Shown piece by piece: positions 1 through 12,918 of a DNA stretch of 64,000 nucleotides. The translations under genes were made by a program, and so were the position numbers. The DNA comes from Octopus vulgaris. Taxonomy: Eukaryota. The notes beneath the pieces are model-generated. The model worked only from the letters and a program-made list of their open reading frames with translations, was not told the origin of the DNA and ran no database searches. Every line of letters begins with the position of its first letter. The stretch's first letter is position 1. Where the stretch lies: positions 53,506,001 to 53,570,000 of the forward strand of contig OX597829.1 in the NCBI GenBank assembly GCA_951406725.2, read 5' to 3'.

Positions 1-241
1 TAGCTCAACCCTATTGTCAATATATATCAGTGTCCATACTGAAGTAGGTAGTTTCTACACAGAAGGTCAACATTTCCATTAAGTTTTGTATTGGTGTACT
101 AGCGCATTCTTTTAGATGGGTGTCTGTCACTAGTTTTTCTTGTATCACCGATAGTGCATCACCAGTTGGGACTTTAGTGAACAGCATTATCCCATTTAGA
201 CTAACCATCTGGTTGGATTCAATGGGAGTATCCTTGATCAA
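1..241 (-). pseudogene. Penelope-like element reverse transcriptase fragment
   Basis: The ORF reads ...MVSLNGIMLFTKVPTGDALSVIQEKL...LTFCVETTYF...IY. This matches the PLE RT pattern SxDxxSLFTxVP...LLxxCxxxTYF...Y; it is degenerate and runs off the window edge. Confidence 0.7.
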
Positions 242-326
242 TTCTTATTTCTTTATTCTCCACAAGGAGCTAAACACAGAGGGGACAAACATATATACAT
301 ATACACACACACACACACATAACATA

Positions 327-382
<56 letters not shown>

Positions 383-385
<3 letters not shown>

Positions 386-510
386 TCATCATCATTTAAC
401 GTCTGTTTTCCATGCTAGCATGGGTTGGACGGTTTGACCAGGGTCTGGGAAGCCAAGAGGCTGCATCAGGCTCCAGTCTGATCTGGCAGTGTTTCTACAG
501 CTGGATGCCC
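383..510 (-). mobile_element. RTE LINE 3'-tail copy
   Basis: (CAT)n + TTAACGTCTGTTTTCCATGCTAGCATGG, the reverse complement of the 3' end of the RTE at 17687-18983. Confidence 0.8.
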
Positions 511-684
511 TATATCGGGTTTCTTCCAGTTTCCATCTACCAAATCCACTCACAAAGCTTTGGTTCACCTGAGGCTATCGCAGAAGACACTTGCTCAAGG
601 TCCCATGCAGTGGAACTGAACCTGGAACCAAGTGATTAGGAAGCAAGTTTCTTACCACACAGCCATGGCTGAGTCTAAGTATAA

Positions 685-736
<52 letters not shown>

Positions 737-854
737 GTATGTACGTATATATTTGTATAGATATATGTGTGTGTATATATATATATATATATATAAATAT
801 ATATATATGTGTACATATATATTTATGTATATTTATGTGTGTGTGTATATATAT

Positions 855-953
855 ACTCTAGCCTCAAGCTGACCAAAACCTTGTGAGTGGATTTTATACA
901 TGGAAACTGAAAGAAGACTATCATATTTATGAGTACATTTGTGTGTTTGTGTG

Positions 954-997
<44 letters not shown>

Positions 998-1205
998 TGT
1001 GTGTGTCTGTATTTGTATCCTCCACCATCACTTGACAACCGATGCTGCTGTGTTTACATCCCTGTAACTTAGCGGTTCAGCAAAAGACACTGATAGAATA
1101 AGTACTAGGCTTACAAAGAATTGAATCCTGAGATCAGTTTGTTCAACTAAAGGTGGTGCTCCAGCAAGGTCGCAGTCACATGACTGAAACAAGTAAAACA
1201 ATAAA
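855..1205 (+). mobile_element. SINE family A copy, 5'-truncated
   Basis: Matches 53949-54352, including the internal (GT)n and the ATGACTGAAACAAGTAAAA tail. Confidence 0.75.
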
Positions 1206-2151
1206 AAAGCTTGTCGTTTTAATCCAAAGCAATGCTGGGTATCTCTACAAGTATGTATATATAAGTCTGTATGGAAATAAGTTGTTCTTTCTTAGGGATA
1301 TATTATATCCAAGTGTATACCAGTTTGCAATGTTATCAATTAACAATATTGGAGATTCTATATGTGTGTATGTACTAGTGTTTATCGTTGGCTCTTCTTT
1401 TTCATCTACTTCATCTACTGCTACGTTCTGAGTTCAAATTCCGCCAAGGTTGACTTTGCCTTTCATACTTTCAGGGGTCAATTAAATAAGTACCAGTTAC
1501 GCACTTGGGTCAATATAATCGACTTAATCCCTTTGTCTGTCCTTGTTTGTCCCCTCAATGTTTAACCTCTTGTGGGCAGTAAAGAAATAAGAACATGGGG
1601 AAGGGATGGGATGTGTATGGCACATACAAACACATTCACACACATATACTCACACAGACACGTAAGTGCCCAAGTTCATCCTGGCCCCATGTTGGCTGTA
1701 AGCTCTTACAGTCTTATGATTTATGGAGGCAAGTGCAATATATACATAATATACTTACTATACTTACGTATATACATTCACATATTTACATATGAATACT
1801 TAAATATATATACATACATATATTTACATATATTCTTACATATATGCATGTGTGTGTTAAGAACTGTCACACACACACACACACATATATTTATAAGCCA
1901 AAAAGCTCATGTTGCTTAGAATAAATTGGTGGTGATTCAGCTGTTGCATGATTTTGTATTTGTGTTTAAGTCTATTAGAGCCTATTTGAAATTGAAAAAG
2001 AGTCTGCACTATACCAGTGAGTGTTCAAAAGCCTGGAACAAAACAACCTGATGTATCACCTCAGTGACTCATACCGAAAAAAAGATACTTGATTATTTTC
2101 ACCAGGATCTTAGATGTAAGACATTGATGCAATGGTATAAGTTTGGGACAA

Positions 2152-2387
2152 AATAAGGCGGCGAGCTGGCAGAAACGTTAGCACGCCAGGCGAAATGCTT
2201 AGCGGTATTTCGTCTGCGTTACGTCGTGAGTTCAAATTCCGCTGAGGCTGACTTTGCCTTTCATCCTTTCGGGGTCGATAAATTAAGTACCAGTTACGCA
2301 CTGGGGGTCGATGTAATCGACTTAATACCTATGTCTGTCCTTGTTTGTCCCCTCTGTGTTTAGCCCCTTGTGGGTAATAAAGAAATA
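2152..2387 (+). mobile_element. SINE family B, full copy with 18-bp target-site duplication
   Basis: Head AAGGCGGCGAGCTGGCAGAA, B-box-like GAGTTCAAATTCC and core GCCTTTCATCCTTTCGGGGTCGATAAATTAAGTACC. It is flanked by GGTATAAGTTTGGGACAA at 2134-2151 and 2388-2405. Confidence 0.9.
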
Positions 2388-4763
2388 GGTATAAGTTTGG
2401 GACAACTGGTGATCCAATATTGTTTGGCAAATTTTTGGATAACAAAAAGACATCTTTTATATTACCCCCCCACCCCACCCCCACCCCCACACACACACAC
2501 ACATGCACACAGAAGAATTTCTAAGTTTTAAACATCACAGATTACAATTCTGCAAATATAATATTCTTTAAAATTACTGTAATTTTTTTTTTTGTTACCA
2601 AACATAGTTTCAAAGTATGACAAGTGATAAGTGTTTTTATTTCCAAGGCTTTATCTATTTGCTTTCAACATTGGAAATTGTCATTCTACACAAAAAATAG
2701 GTGTGATATTCTGAGATGCACTATGGGATTTTTATAGATAGGGAGTTATCTCTGTTGCCAGACATTATTAACAGAACATGACAGGAATTGGGGAAGGATA
2801 TAAATGGTGGTCTCCTGGAATGAGGGAGGAGTCTCTGTCATGAGATTCCCCATGGTACAGCAGAACTCGAACATTGATACACGACATTCATTGAGGTATC
2901 CTTTCTTCTATGAACGATATTACCTGGATTTCAGTCTTGATGGTCATTACTCACAGACGTGAATCTATACCTACCAGTTTAGAAGACATTCCAATAGGGT
3001 TACAGTCAGGAGTTGGATTAGAATTTAGTATTTAGTGTTAGGGTGTAAGTTACTAGAATAAGCTTAGGCCTGAGGGCTTAGGGTAAGAGTTTAAGGTTTG
3101 CGTTTGTTGTTAGGATTTCAGTTTGGGAGGTGTTAGGGTCAAGGTTACATTTAGATAGAAATTGTGGGATTGAAAACGTTTGAATTTATGTGTACCATTT
3201 TGCAGAGTTGAAATAACATTCTTCTAAAACATTCTTCCTTCTTATCCCTTGGCCATGTGGTTGTTGAGACATTCATTGATGACATTGTGACCAGATTTCA
3301 CTATTTCTCTTGGTCTTCTGCTGCCCTCTGTGAGCCAGTAACCCAGGCAATCCTGTATGGGCTCTGATCTAGCTGTTGTCATCATGAGTGTATCATAGGA
3401 AAGTTAGGTTGGCAGCACCAATTTCTCTAAAAACTGTTTGCTACAACTGTGTGCCTCTATCTGAGACACATCTTGGCCCTGCACACCTGGCTGTTGACCT
3501 GAGCAGGTTCTTCTGCCCTAGTTGGTAATTCCTTGGAAATTATGATCATTAGCTTTATCATCATTTAATGTCCATGTTCCATACTGGTATGGGTTGGATC
3601 TTCTGATAGTAACTGATAGACCCAAGGAATGCGTTATGCACCAGTGTCTGCTTTGGCATGGTTTCTATGGCTGGAGGCTTTTCCAAGCACCAGCCACTTT
3701 ACAAAGTGTAGTGAGTACATTTTTCATGACACCTGCATTAGTGAGGCCACCATGCTGCTTGCAAGACTACAAATCCTGAGAAAGGGGGATTTATGCTAAA
3801 AGATGAGGGATTAAAATGTGGGAGATGGGGGCTAGAGCAGAATGGGTTTCTTGCTGTAGAGGGGCCACATAGCTATTCACATTTTAGAAGAGAAGGGTTT
3901 GATTAGGATTTAATTGGGATAGTGTGAGCAAGAAATTAAAGATAGTAGTGATGAGGTGTCTGCAGTGGCGGCTTATTGATAAAATTAGAAGGGGTACTGC
4001 TTGAGAAAATTTTTAGCCATTGTTTTATTATTGTGTAAAAGGAAAGAATCATATAAAAAGAAAAAAGAAAATTTAAGCATAAACTTGATCAGTTCGCGTT
4101 TTAGCTACTGCGGGATAGTGTGTTTAATTTGTTTACTGAACACGGCCGCGAATTCCCTCTTGTTTTTCAAAAATCGCCCCTAAATCACAAAATAAGGTGG
4201 GGAAGTGTGCCCTATTTTTCAAATTCTGGCAGCAACACTGAAGCTGGAAGCAGGATAATAATCTAATTCTACACCATTCAAGAATATAAAGATGTTTTTA
4301 TGCACAGCACACATGGAGTCAAAAAGAAACACTACCTTTAACCCAGTACTGTCATGCATGCAGTGCTCTCTCTCCCTAATATGAAGCTTCCTATCTCAGA
4401 CATGTGAGCATATGCACAACAGCCAAACACTGCGTTACTGGAACTGTTGCTGGAAGTGCACAGTTCTATACAAGGATTTCTGTATTTTTTTCATAAACTA
4501 GGGGATGGCTACAGACATTAAGTTTAAGGATTATATAATGTACAAAGTATAAAGAAGAAAAAAGGACTCATTATATTGAATGTTATTGATAATATTGAGT
4601 GGAAATGGTTGGGTGCTGCAGTTCCGCAGTTCCTATACATGAGCTGCCACTGGGTGTTTGTATAAGCCCTCTAGTTCCAAAGTGGGTAAAAGTGAGTGTT
4701 GGCAGGGGGTAGGGGTGGGGTAATTGTAAGAATAAGGTGGCGAGCTGGCAGAAACGTTAGCAC

Positions 4764-5097
<334 letters not shown>

Positions 5098-5721
5098 TCA
5101 AAGCATACTCATTAAATGTATGTCTTCGTCACACATGATATATGTGCTTATGTAACATTATGCATAAAGCATAAAGGCATATAATCCTATTTTCAAAGCG
5201 AACTCTGTTAATGACTTTACCATTGAGCCATTAGGCATAGGCTACGTTCACAAACGTACTCGGTGTATCTTTTCCACCGGGGTATTTTGCAAAATTTCAT
5301 AAAGAACTATACAGAGCAGTATTACATAATGTGCCACCACTGTATGTCTCCTACTCTTCCCTTACACTATGCCTGCCTCTCCCTGCCACCACCATGCACT
5401 CATGTAACCTATCCATCTACTCAACATCTCTCTCTCTCTCTCTCTCTCTCATATCTTTTCCCTCTCTATTCTGTTTCTACTATATTTCTATATTTCTATT
5501 CTGAAATTCTTTGGCCCAACATCATTGGCCAACTCCCAACTGCTGATCCACCTTTAACCACCTTCACCACCAAACAGCTCTGTACAGTCTCTACAGTTGT
5601 CACCTACTCTTCCCTACTTCAACAACATATCAATCTTTCAACAATTGTTCTTCATTTGTTACATTTACCACATCCGTTCCCCATTTCTCATTCTCATCCT
5701 CCTTTATATTCTTACAATTAA

Positions 5722-5888
5722 TTTCTTTACTACCCACAAGGGGCTAAACACAGAGGGGACAAACAAAGATAGACAAATGGGTTAAGTCGATTACATCGAC
5801 CCCAGTACGTAACTGGTACTTAATTTATCGACCCCAAAAGGATGAAAGGCAAAGTCAACCTCGGCGGAACTTGAACTCAGAACGTAAC
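5722..5888 (-). mobile_element. SINE family B copy
   Basis: Reverse complement of the family B core and tail. Confidence 0.85.
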
Positions 5889-5943
<55 letters not shown>

Positions 5944-5968
5944 CATACATACATACAGATGCACACAC

Positions 5969-6005
<37 letters not shown>

Positions 6006-6109
6006 TATATATGTGAATATGTATGATTAAATATAGCTAGTAAGTTTCACGTGAAGTCTTGATTGGTCAGATTTTTTTTGATCACATGATAATATTCTAT
6101 CCCTTGGAC

Positions 6110-6580
6110 ACAAAGACCTGTTGAGGCAAGCGAAGTCGATATAGAACCTCATCCGACGACAGGCACCCATGCCAACCCCCTTTGCTTGCGAAGACATGTT
6201 GGGGCAAGCGAAAGCGAAATCGAAATCGAATTGAACCAGCCAGGATCCCTGGTCTGGTGGTACGTAAAAAGCACTATCCGACTTGTGGCCGATGCCAGCG
6301 CCGCCTCGACTGGCTTCCGTGCCGGTGGCATATAAAATACACCAATCCGACCGTGGCCGTTGTCAGCCTTGCCTGGCACCTGTGCAGGTGGCACGTAAAA
6401 AGCACCCACTACACTCACGGAGTGGTTGGTGTTAGGAAGGGCATCCAGCTGTAGAAACATTGCCAGATAAGACTGGAGCCTGGTGCAGCCTTCTGGCTTC
6501 CCAGATCCCCGGTCGAACCGTCCAACCCATGCTAGCATGGAGAATGGATGTTAAACGATGATGATGATGATGATGATGAT
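6110..6580 (+). mobile_element. RTE LINE 3' UTR copy
   Basis: Runs from AAGACCTGTTGAGGCAAG through GTGCCGGTGGCAC units to CCATGCTAGCATGG and (GAT)n. Confidence 0.85.
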
Positions 6581-6586
6581 ATATAT

Positions 6587-6971
6587 AGCAAATAAGTAAC
6601 AAGGATGTCCAGGTATCAGTGCATTATGGCTGTTTCAAGCAGCTCCATTTAATCGATCAATGAGAACATTACATCAATTTGAAATAAACCTTTCTCCTCG
6701 GAAGCAACCGACCATATAAATTTCCAACACACAGGATATTCCATTATAATTTTGCAGCATATATTTCATCAGTGCTAGAGACTAAAAAAATTACATTGCT
6801 TCTTTTTGCTATTATTGTAGCAGAATTCTGTCGGAAATCTATATGGTCATATGCACCTGAGGAGAGCAGTTTATTTCAAATTGATGTAATGTTTTCATTG
6901 CTCAATTAAATGGAGCCACTTGAAAAGGCTGTAATGCACTGATACTTGGACATCATTGTTACTTATTTGCT
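6587..6971. mobile_element. Fold-back element (arms about 6587-6729 and 6829-6971), PLE pLTR-derived
   Basis: The arms are imperfect reverse complements, and each carries a decayed hammerhead motif. Confidence 0.75.
6852..6938 (+). ncRNA. Decayed type-I hammerhead ribozyme motif
   Basis: TGCAC-CTGAGGA-GAGCAGTT...GAGCCACTT-GAAA-AGGCT-GTA-ATGCA. The mirror arm gives AGCTGCTT-GAAA-CAGC, implying a palindromic ACAGCTGT stem III. Confidence 0.55.
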
Positions 6972-7072
6972 TTTTATTCACCTAACTTCGAGCTGTGCAG
7001 ACAATACCGGACTGATTTAGTGCCTCAACATAAGTACCTAATTCAACTGAATCTTAATTATTTCTTACATGT

Positions 7073-7117
<45 letters not shown>

Positions 7118-7141
7118 TGTGTGTGCATATGTATGCATATA

Positions 7142-7194
<53 letters not shown>

Positions 7195-7196
<2 letters not shown>

Positions 7197-8330
7197 CTTA
7201 ACTTTGAGGGATAGACTTACAGTGCACAGGCAACAAATCTGGGACCCCACCACTAGGAAAATTCCCGTAAGCAAGCACCTAGACCAATGCCCCGTAGACA
7301 TAAACCCTAAATATCAAATCTTCCCTCTCTATCAATACACTGGAAACTCTTCAATCCAATTCTGGTTAAATAAGGAAAACATACTCATTAAAAATATAAA
7401 CCACAGCTGAATATCCTTTAGGAAGAAGAAAAAGTAATAAAAAGAAAAGAAAAAAGACTCAATTTCTCCACGAAAAAACAACCAGGAACAACAAAAGAAT
7501 TTTAAAAAAAACTTTAGTAACAATCTTCCATCCGGGTTCTGAAACTGCAACTTCAAATCACCATACAAACACCAGTTGTTGATGTCACCTACCTCTAGTC
7601 CAATGAAATATTACAAACACCAGTTGCTGATGTCACCTAACTCCAGACCAATCAAAACTGAACTTCAAGGAATACAATGAAGTGACCCTTTAAGAACCAA
7701 CCAACCGGAACGACTTATAACTGTCTCCACAAGGAAACCGACCAACCGGAACGACTTATAACTGTCTCCACAAGGAAACCAACCCAGCAGAATGACAAGC
7801 TTAACCACTGAAAAAACGTCACCAGTATTTTAATGAATCAAAAATCAGATCTGCTTGTGGAAAAAATTATAAATACATCTGATCCCAAAACATACCACTA
7901 CAAGTGAAAGCATCTAAGGGAAGAGGATCAGAGAAATGGCAGACCAAATTCCTTTTTTAACCATTTTCATTTCACTCCTGTTCTTTTCAGTATGACTTGT
8001 CAATCACCACTAAAATTAATGAACTTTGTACATTCAAAAAAATTGATATACAGTTTTAATATTATTGACTGCTATGAACATTCAAACTTGCACCTGTCCT
8101 AATTCATAATACTAAATTTACCTGTTTTGAACATGTTAATTTGTCAACATTGAAACATCTTAATTTGTTAACATTGAAACTTTTAAAGATGTTTTTCTAA
8201 TTCACAATTTCAAACTTTTACCATTGGTAAACAAAAAATTTTGTTGAAACTAGTTTGGTATATATATGTAAATAAATATATTTTAAAAAATCACGAGTTT
8301 TTGAAATTTAGGTGCATTTTCAACAACACA
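7195..8330 (+). mobile_element. PLE remnant: GIY-YIG C-terminal half plus 3' UTR with short tandem duplications
   Basis: LRDRLTVHRQQI...VSKHLDQC...KENILIK fits the GIY-YIG R-x3-H...H...E pattern. Two-copy tandem units lie at about 7565-7655 and 7697-7783. Confidence 0.6.
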
Positions 8331-8397
8331 TTTCCCTATATATATCACCATTGTTTAATGTCCACTCTCCATGCTGGCATGGATTGGACGGATTGAC

Positions 8398-8692
8398 GTC
8401 CAGTTGGATTGGAGTTACCTAGCTGAAAGGTGTCCAAATTTCAGCTGTCTGTCACCGGCTGACACTCGCTGACGATACATCGAAGAGGCCAGAGAACAGA
8501 AGAAGAAAGAAGACATGCACCCAACACCAGAGCTGAAGACACCTCTGAAAGGGGGGGGGGCTCGCCACGTCAAAACGGTAGAGGAGTAGGGACCGAAACC
8601 GGACGTGGTTCTTCCTGATGATGTCTTGAGCTAACTGGATCCTATAAAGGATCTGTTGTGGTAGCAGACCACGAAACACGGTTGAAATTCCT
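8398..8692 (+). mobile_element. GC-rich PLE 3' fragment inserted into an RTE tail
   Basis: It interrupts a minus-strand RTE tail (about 8345-9080) and ends in a hammerhead motif. Confidence 0.5.
8612..8686 (+). ncRNA. Type-I hammerhead motif with extended stem II
   Basis: TTC-CTGATGA-T-GTCT..GCTA..GATCCT-ATAA-AGGATC..TAGC-AGAC-CAC-GAAA-CACG-GTT-GAA. Confidence 0.55.
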
Positions 8693-9390
8693 TGTTTTTA
8701 TGGCTAGATACCTTTCCTAAAGCCAATCCAACCACTTAGCAGAGTGTGCTGGGTGCTTTCCATGTGTCAACAACACCGGTGCATTTTATGCAGCACTGGC
8801 ATGGACGCATTTTATGCAGCACTGGCATGGACGCATTTTATGCAGTACTGAGACAGGTGGTTTTTCAGTGGCAAAAGCACCAGAAAGGACAAACCTGTAG
8901 GTGTAGAAGGCAGCGATTTTCCTTAGCTTGACATATCTTATCAAGTACAGCAAATCACTACATCTCCCAGTCTTTTGTCATTTCCTCAATGAAGTCCAGC
9001 ATCCAAAGATCCTCTCTCACCACTTTGTCCCATATTTTCATGGCTCTACCCCTTCCACAGGTACCATTCACAATTAGAGCTATATATATATATATGTATA
9101 TATATTTATTTGATATATGTATGTGCATATCTATATATATATATAATCAGTAAGTGGCTCATAAGTCTGAAGGAAACACATTTTAAAACCTTACAACAAT
9201 AATACTTAAAAGGTTGTTGATTATGTCCGGATATGGAGTGACCATTGGTTTTATGCCTATACCACGGAGAACATTATAAGATGTGAAACAAGTAGTCACC
9301 GGTCATAACCATCAATCTTTTATGTATATGAGTATATATATATATATATATATTGTCTGAAATGAACAGTGTTATATGTCCATCATGGCT

Positions 9391-9477
9391 CATTTTACCA
9401 ATCAGTTTCACGCTAGGAATATGATGGAGTGTTAGGCAACAATCCAATCATATAACCTTATGTTCATCAACCAATAT
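9391..9477 (-). ncRNA. Decayed hammerhead motif
   Basis: Minus strand: TTGATGA, a long hairpin (ATATGAT/ATCATAT, TGGA/TCCA), then GAAA-CTGATTG-GTA. Stem III is consistent with a CpG-decayed ACCGATCGGT palindrome; stem I is poor. Confidence 0.35.
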
Positions 9478-9494
9478 GGAAGGAAATGTGGTGA

Positions 9495-10068
9495 TCATCA
9501 TCATCATCATCATCATCATCGTTTAACACCTGTTTTCCATGCTAGCATGGGTCGGACGTTTCAACTGGGGTCTGGGAAGCCAGAAGGCTGCGCCAGTCCC
9601 AGTCTGATCTGGCAGTGTTTCTACAGCTGGATGCCCTTCCTAATGCCAACCACTCAATGAGTGTAGTGAGTGCTTTTTATGTGCCACCTGCACAGGTGCC
9701 AGACGAGGCTGGCAAACGGCCACGATTGGATGGTGCTTTTTACGTGCCACCGGCACAGGGGCCAGACAAGGCTAGCAACGGCCACAATCAGATGGTGCAT
9801 TTTACGTGCAACCGGCACGGAGGCCAGTCGGGGTGGCACTGGCAACGGCCACGTTCGGATGATTCTCTTACGTGCCATCGGCTCTGGTATCACAGCTACA
9901 ATTTCCATTGATGTTGATCGATTTCGATTTTGAATTTGATTTTCATTTTCATTTTCACTTGCCTCAACAGGTCTTCACAAGTAGGGTTTGTGTCACAAGA
10001 AGGAAAGGTATACATAAGTGGGCTGGCTATGTCCCAGGTAGAGGCTACGGGTTATGGTCTCACTTGTC
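9495..10068 (-). mobile_element. RTE LINE 3' UTR copy with about 5 internal tandem units
   Basis: Matches 18618-18983 with extra GTGCCACCGGCAC units. Confidence 0.85.
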
Positions 10069-10070
10069 AT

Positions 10071-10101
<31 letters not shown>

Positions 10102-10138
10102 CACATACAAAAGTTAAGGAGTGGAGTAGGTAAGATCT

Positions 10139-10224
10139 GGGCTACATATGTTTCATAGCGAGTGGAACCTCAGAAGTGGTAAAAATCCAAGTGAGGTGTA
10201 TTCCGCAGGTTACTCTTCAGGCCA
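10139..10224 (-). ncRNA. Type-I hammerhead ribozyme motif (canonical C3-G8)
   Basis: Minus strand: GGC-CTGAAGA-GTAAC...GCTAT-GAAA-CATATG-TA-GCC. Stem III is the palindrome ACATATGT and the cleavage triplet is GUA. Confidence 0.7.
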
Positions 10225-10650
10225 AGAGTATCTTGATTAGATTAAAGGTTACATTGTTGCAAGGAGGTAAATGTTAACACATGGAAGATTCAATTAGAAT
10301 AGGTTGAGAGCACAGTAGGAGAGGTAAATGTAAATGTAGAGAGAAATAAGTATTAAAAGAAGGAAAAAGGGTGTGAGAAAAAAGAAGAATTTAAGTAAGG
10401 TTATTTGACTGGTAGTAAACAATACTGCTGTTTTGGGGGAATCACACAATTTAGCACAGGGAGTGGTATTTGAAGAAAAGATAATTCAGAGAGAAGAGGG
10501 TGGGGAAATATCTTTGATCAAGCCTGAAGAAGAAAGTGTGTATGGAGAAAGCAAGCTAGTGTGAGGAATTTAATCATTATCATTTGACTGGTGGCATTCA
10601 ATAGGGTTATTTTAGCTGAATCACAAAAATTAGCAAAGGGAGTGGTATTT

Positions 10651-10693
<43 letters not shown>

Positions 10694-11002
10694 AGGGAAG
10701 AGGGTGGGGAAATGTTTATGGTCAAGGGGGAGAAAAAATATATATGCATGAAGAAAGTGAGAAAGGGGAGGAATAGTGGTAGCTATTATAGGTTTTTAAT
10801 AGAGGAATGTATATAGTGTGTGTGGTGAGTGTGTTTACAGTATGGAGTGGTGGGTAGTGTATATTAGCATATGTACTTGTAAGTTTATGGAGGGAAGGAG
10901 TAGGAGGGATAAGTAGTTGAAATAAAAAAGAATAATTTTTAAATGGTAAAGAAAAAATATGGACAGAAGTCTGTAAATGACAATAAGGAATTAAAGGGGA
11001 GC

Positions 11003-11325
11003 TACCCACAAGGGGCTAAACACAGAGGGGACAAACACGGACAGACAAAGGGATTAAGACGATTACATTGACTCCAGTGCGTAACTGGTACTTAATTTAT
11101 CGACCCCGAAAGGATGAAAGGCAAAGTCGACCTCGGCAGAATTTGAACTCTGTCGTTACGTTCCGAGTTCAAATTCCGCCGAGGTCGACTTTGCCTTTCA
11201 TCCTTTCGGGGTCAATAAATTAAGTACCAGTTACGCACTGGGGTCAATGTAGTCGACTTGATCCCTTTGTCTGTCCGTGTTTGTCCCCTCTGTGTTTAGC
11301 CCCTTGTGGGTAGTAAAGAAATAGA
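11003..11325. mobile_element. Head-to-head inverted pair of SINE family B
   Basis: 11003-11150 is nearly the exact reverse complement of 11165-11312, with a 14-nt spacer. Confidence 0.9.
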
Positions 11326-12691
11326 TATATTGTTGATTTAATATATAGTGGTAGTGAGGGTGGATAAGGAGGGAAAATTTATGAAGGTTTGGGAGAAAAA
11401 CAGGTTGGGGTTGTTATTATTCGTATTTTGAAAATAGATTTTGTGGCCAGTGTTTGCAGGTAAATATTATAATGCTGCATTCATTAAAACAATCTGTGGA
11501 TTGCAAAATAGCCAAAACCTCAGTTATGCAGAGATCACACCTGTTATTAGAGCTGCTGTAAGGCTTGGTGTGTGTGACTATGGACCACTTGAGAGTGTAA
11601 GGAGTGGAATCAGTCTTTAGTTTATTGATAAGGTGAGATAACGATGTACTGTTGGATTTTGTTTGGGACTTGAAGGTGGAGTAGTGGTTGTTCACTCTAG
11701 CTTTGAAGGTGGTGCTACATGAGCTGATATATATATATATATATATATATATAGGTTGTGTCAGTGAGACCCAAAGGTGTCAGGTAATGCTAAATAAGTG
11801 CTATGGATAGACCATAGTTAAGTTCCATGTTCGGTGATTAAGCCTTGGTTTTTTATCTCATTACGATAAAAAGAAATTTATATATATATATAAATCAGAA
11901 ATGGAAAATAAAACAATAAATTGAGCAATTATAAATTCAATTCAATTTAAATATTTTATACAAACAAATGACACATCTCATAATTTCCACTTCATTAATT
12001 AAACAAAGTTTTCAAGAATAATCAAATCCATTTAAATACGTGTAATGATGCTTCATCAGATAGACATATCTTCTTATATATTTGACGGAAAATATCAAAT
12101 GGAAAATATCATTACTAGTTTAATGTCCACATTTCTATGCTTGCATGGATCAGATGGAGTTTATTGAGATAGATATTTTATAGCCAGATGCTTTTCCTGT
12201 TGCCAATCCTCACCTGTTTCCAGGGAAGATAATATTTCCTTATGGCCAGACATGTTTTCACAGAAGATGGGAATTGAATGATGACATAACTTGCATGATG
12301 TTGACACTCGTTCACAACTATCCCTTGATGTCAAGGCAAGGAGAGAGCAACACACATGCATGCACATGTATATAATATACATGCAAAAAGCTTCTTTCAA
12401 TTTCCGTCCACCAAATCCACTTTGAAGGCTTTGGTCAGCCTATGAGGGCTACAGCAGAAGACCTTGCCCAAGGTGCTATGCAGTGAGACTGAACCCGGCA
12501 CCATGTGGTTGGGAAGGACACATTTTTTCTTTTGTTATTATACAACAAACCCTGTACACTCTGTGGTTGGAAAATGGGGGGAGATAATGTAGGAACAAGA
12601 TGACCCTTGACACTTGTCTCATTGAAGACATGGCTATGTCTTTTTTATTACTGCTTTGAAAAATGTTCCTAGTAAACTCCGTAAAGTACAT

Positions 12692-12918
12692 CATTATCTC
12701 AACTTATAAATAAACTAACATTTGATTCCACTCCTTACACTCTCAAGCGGTCCATAGTCATTCATGCCAAGCCGTACAGCAGCTGTAATAACAAGTGTGA
12801 TCTCTGCATAGGTGAGGTCTTGGCTATTTTGCAATCCACAAACTGTCTTAATGAACGCAGCACTATAATACCTACCTGCAAACATCGGTCACTAAATCTA
12901 TTCTCAAAATACAAATAC
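12692..12918 (+). pseudogene. PLE GIY-YIG C-terminal fragment
   Basis: LSQLINKL...PYTLK...KPYSSCNNKCDLCIGEVLAILQSTNCLNERSTIIPTCKH; same family as 11417-11695 in the opposite orientation. Confidence 0.75.

Larger units (their letters stand above)
10110..11730 (-). mobile_element. Penelope-like element 3' portion (GIY-YIG, about 1.2 kb UTR, hammerhead)
   Basis: ORF 11417-11695 reads NNHYSTFK...SLS...LK...KWSIV...PY...RCDLCITE...CKH. It is followed downstream by a pyrimidine-rich UTR and a hammerhead at 10139-10224, and both ends lie next to (TA)n/(CA)n runs. Confidence 0.75.

Noticed and set aside
2990-3155. TTAGGG-like tract as an interstitial telomere
   Set aside because: Only scattered, degenerate units; more likely the interior of an old repeat.
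7800-7925. Additional hammerhead candidates (also 9165-9300 and 11980-12065)
   Set aside because: Core or stems are too degenerate to call by eye.
9670-9890. Repeat-spacer pattern resembling CRISPR
   Set aside because: The spacers are related to each other, the array lies in a LINE 3' UTR, the context is eukaryotic and there are no cas genes.
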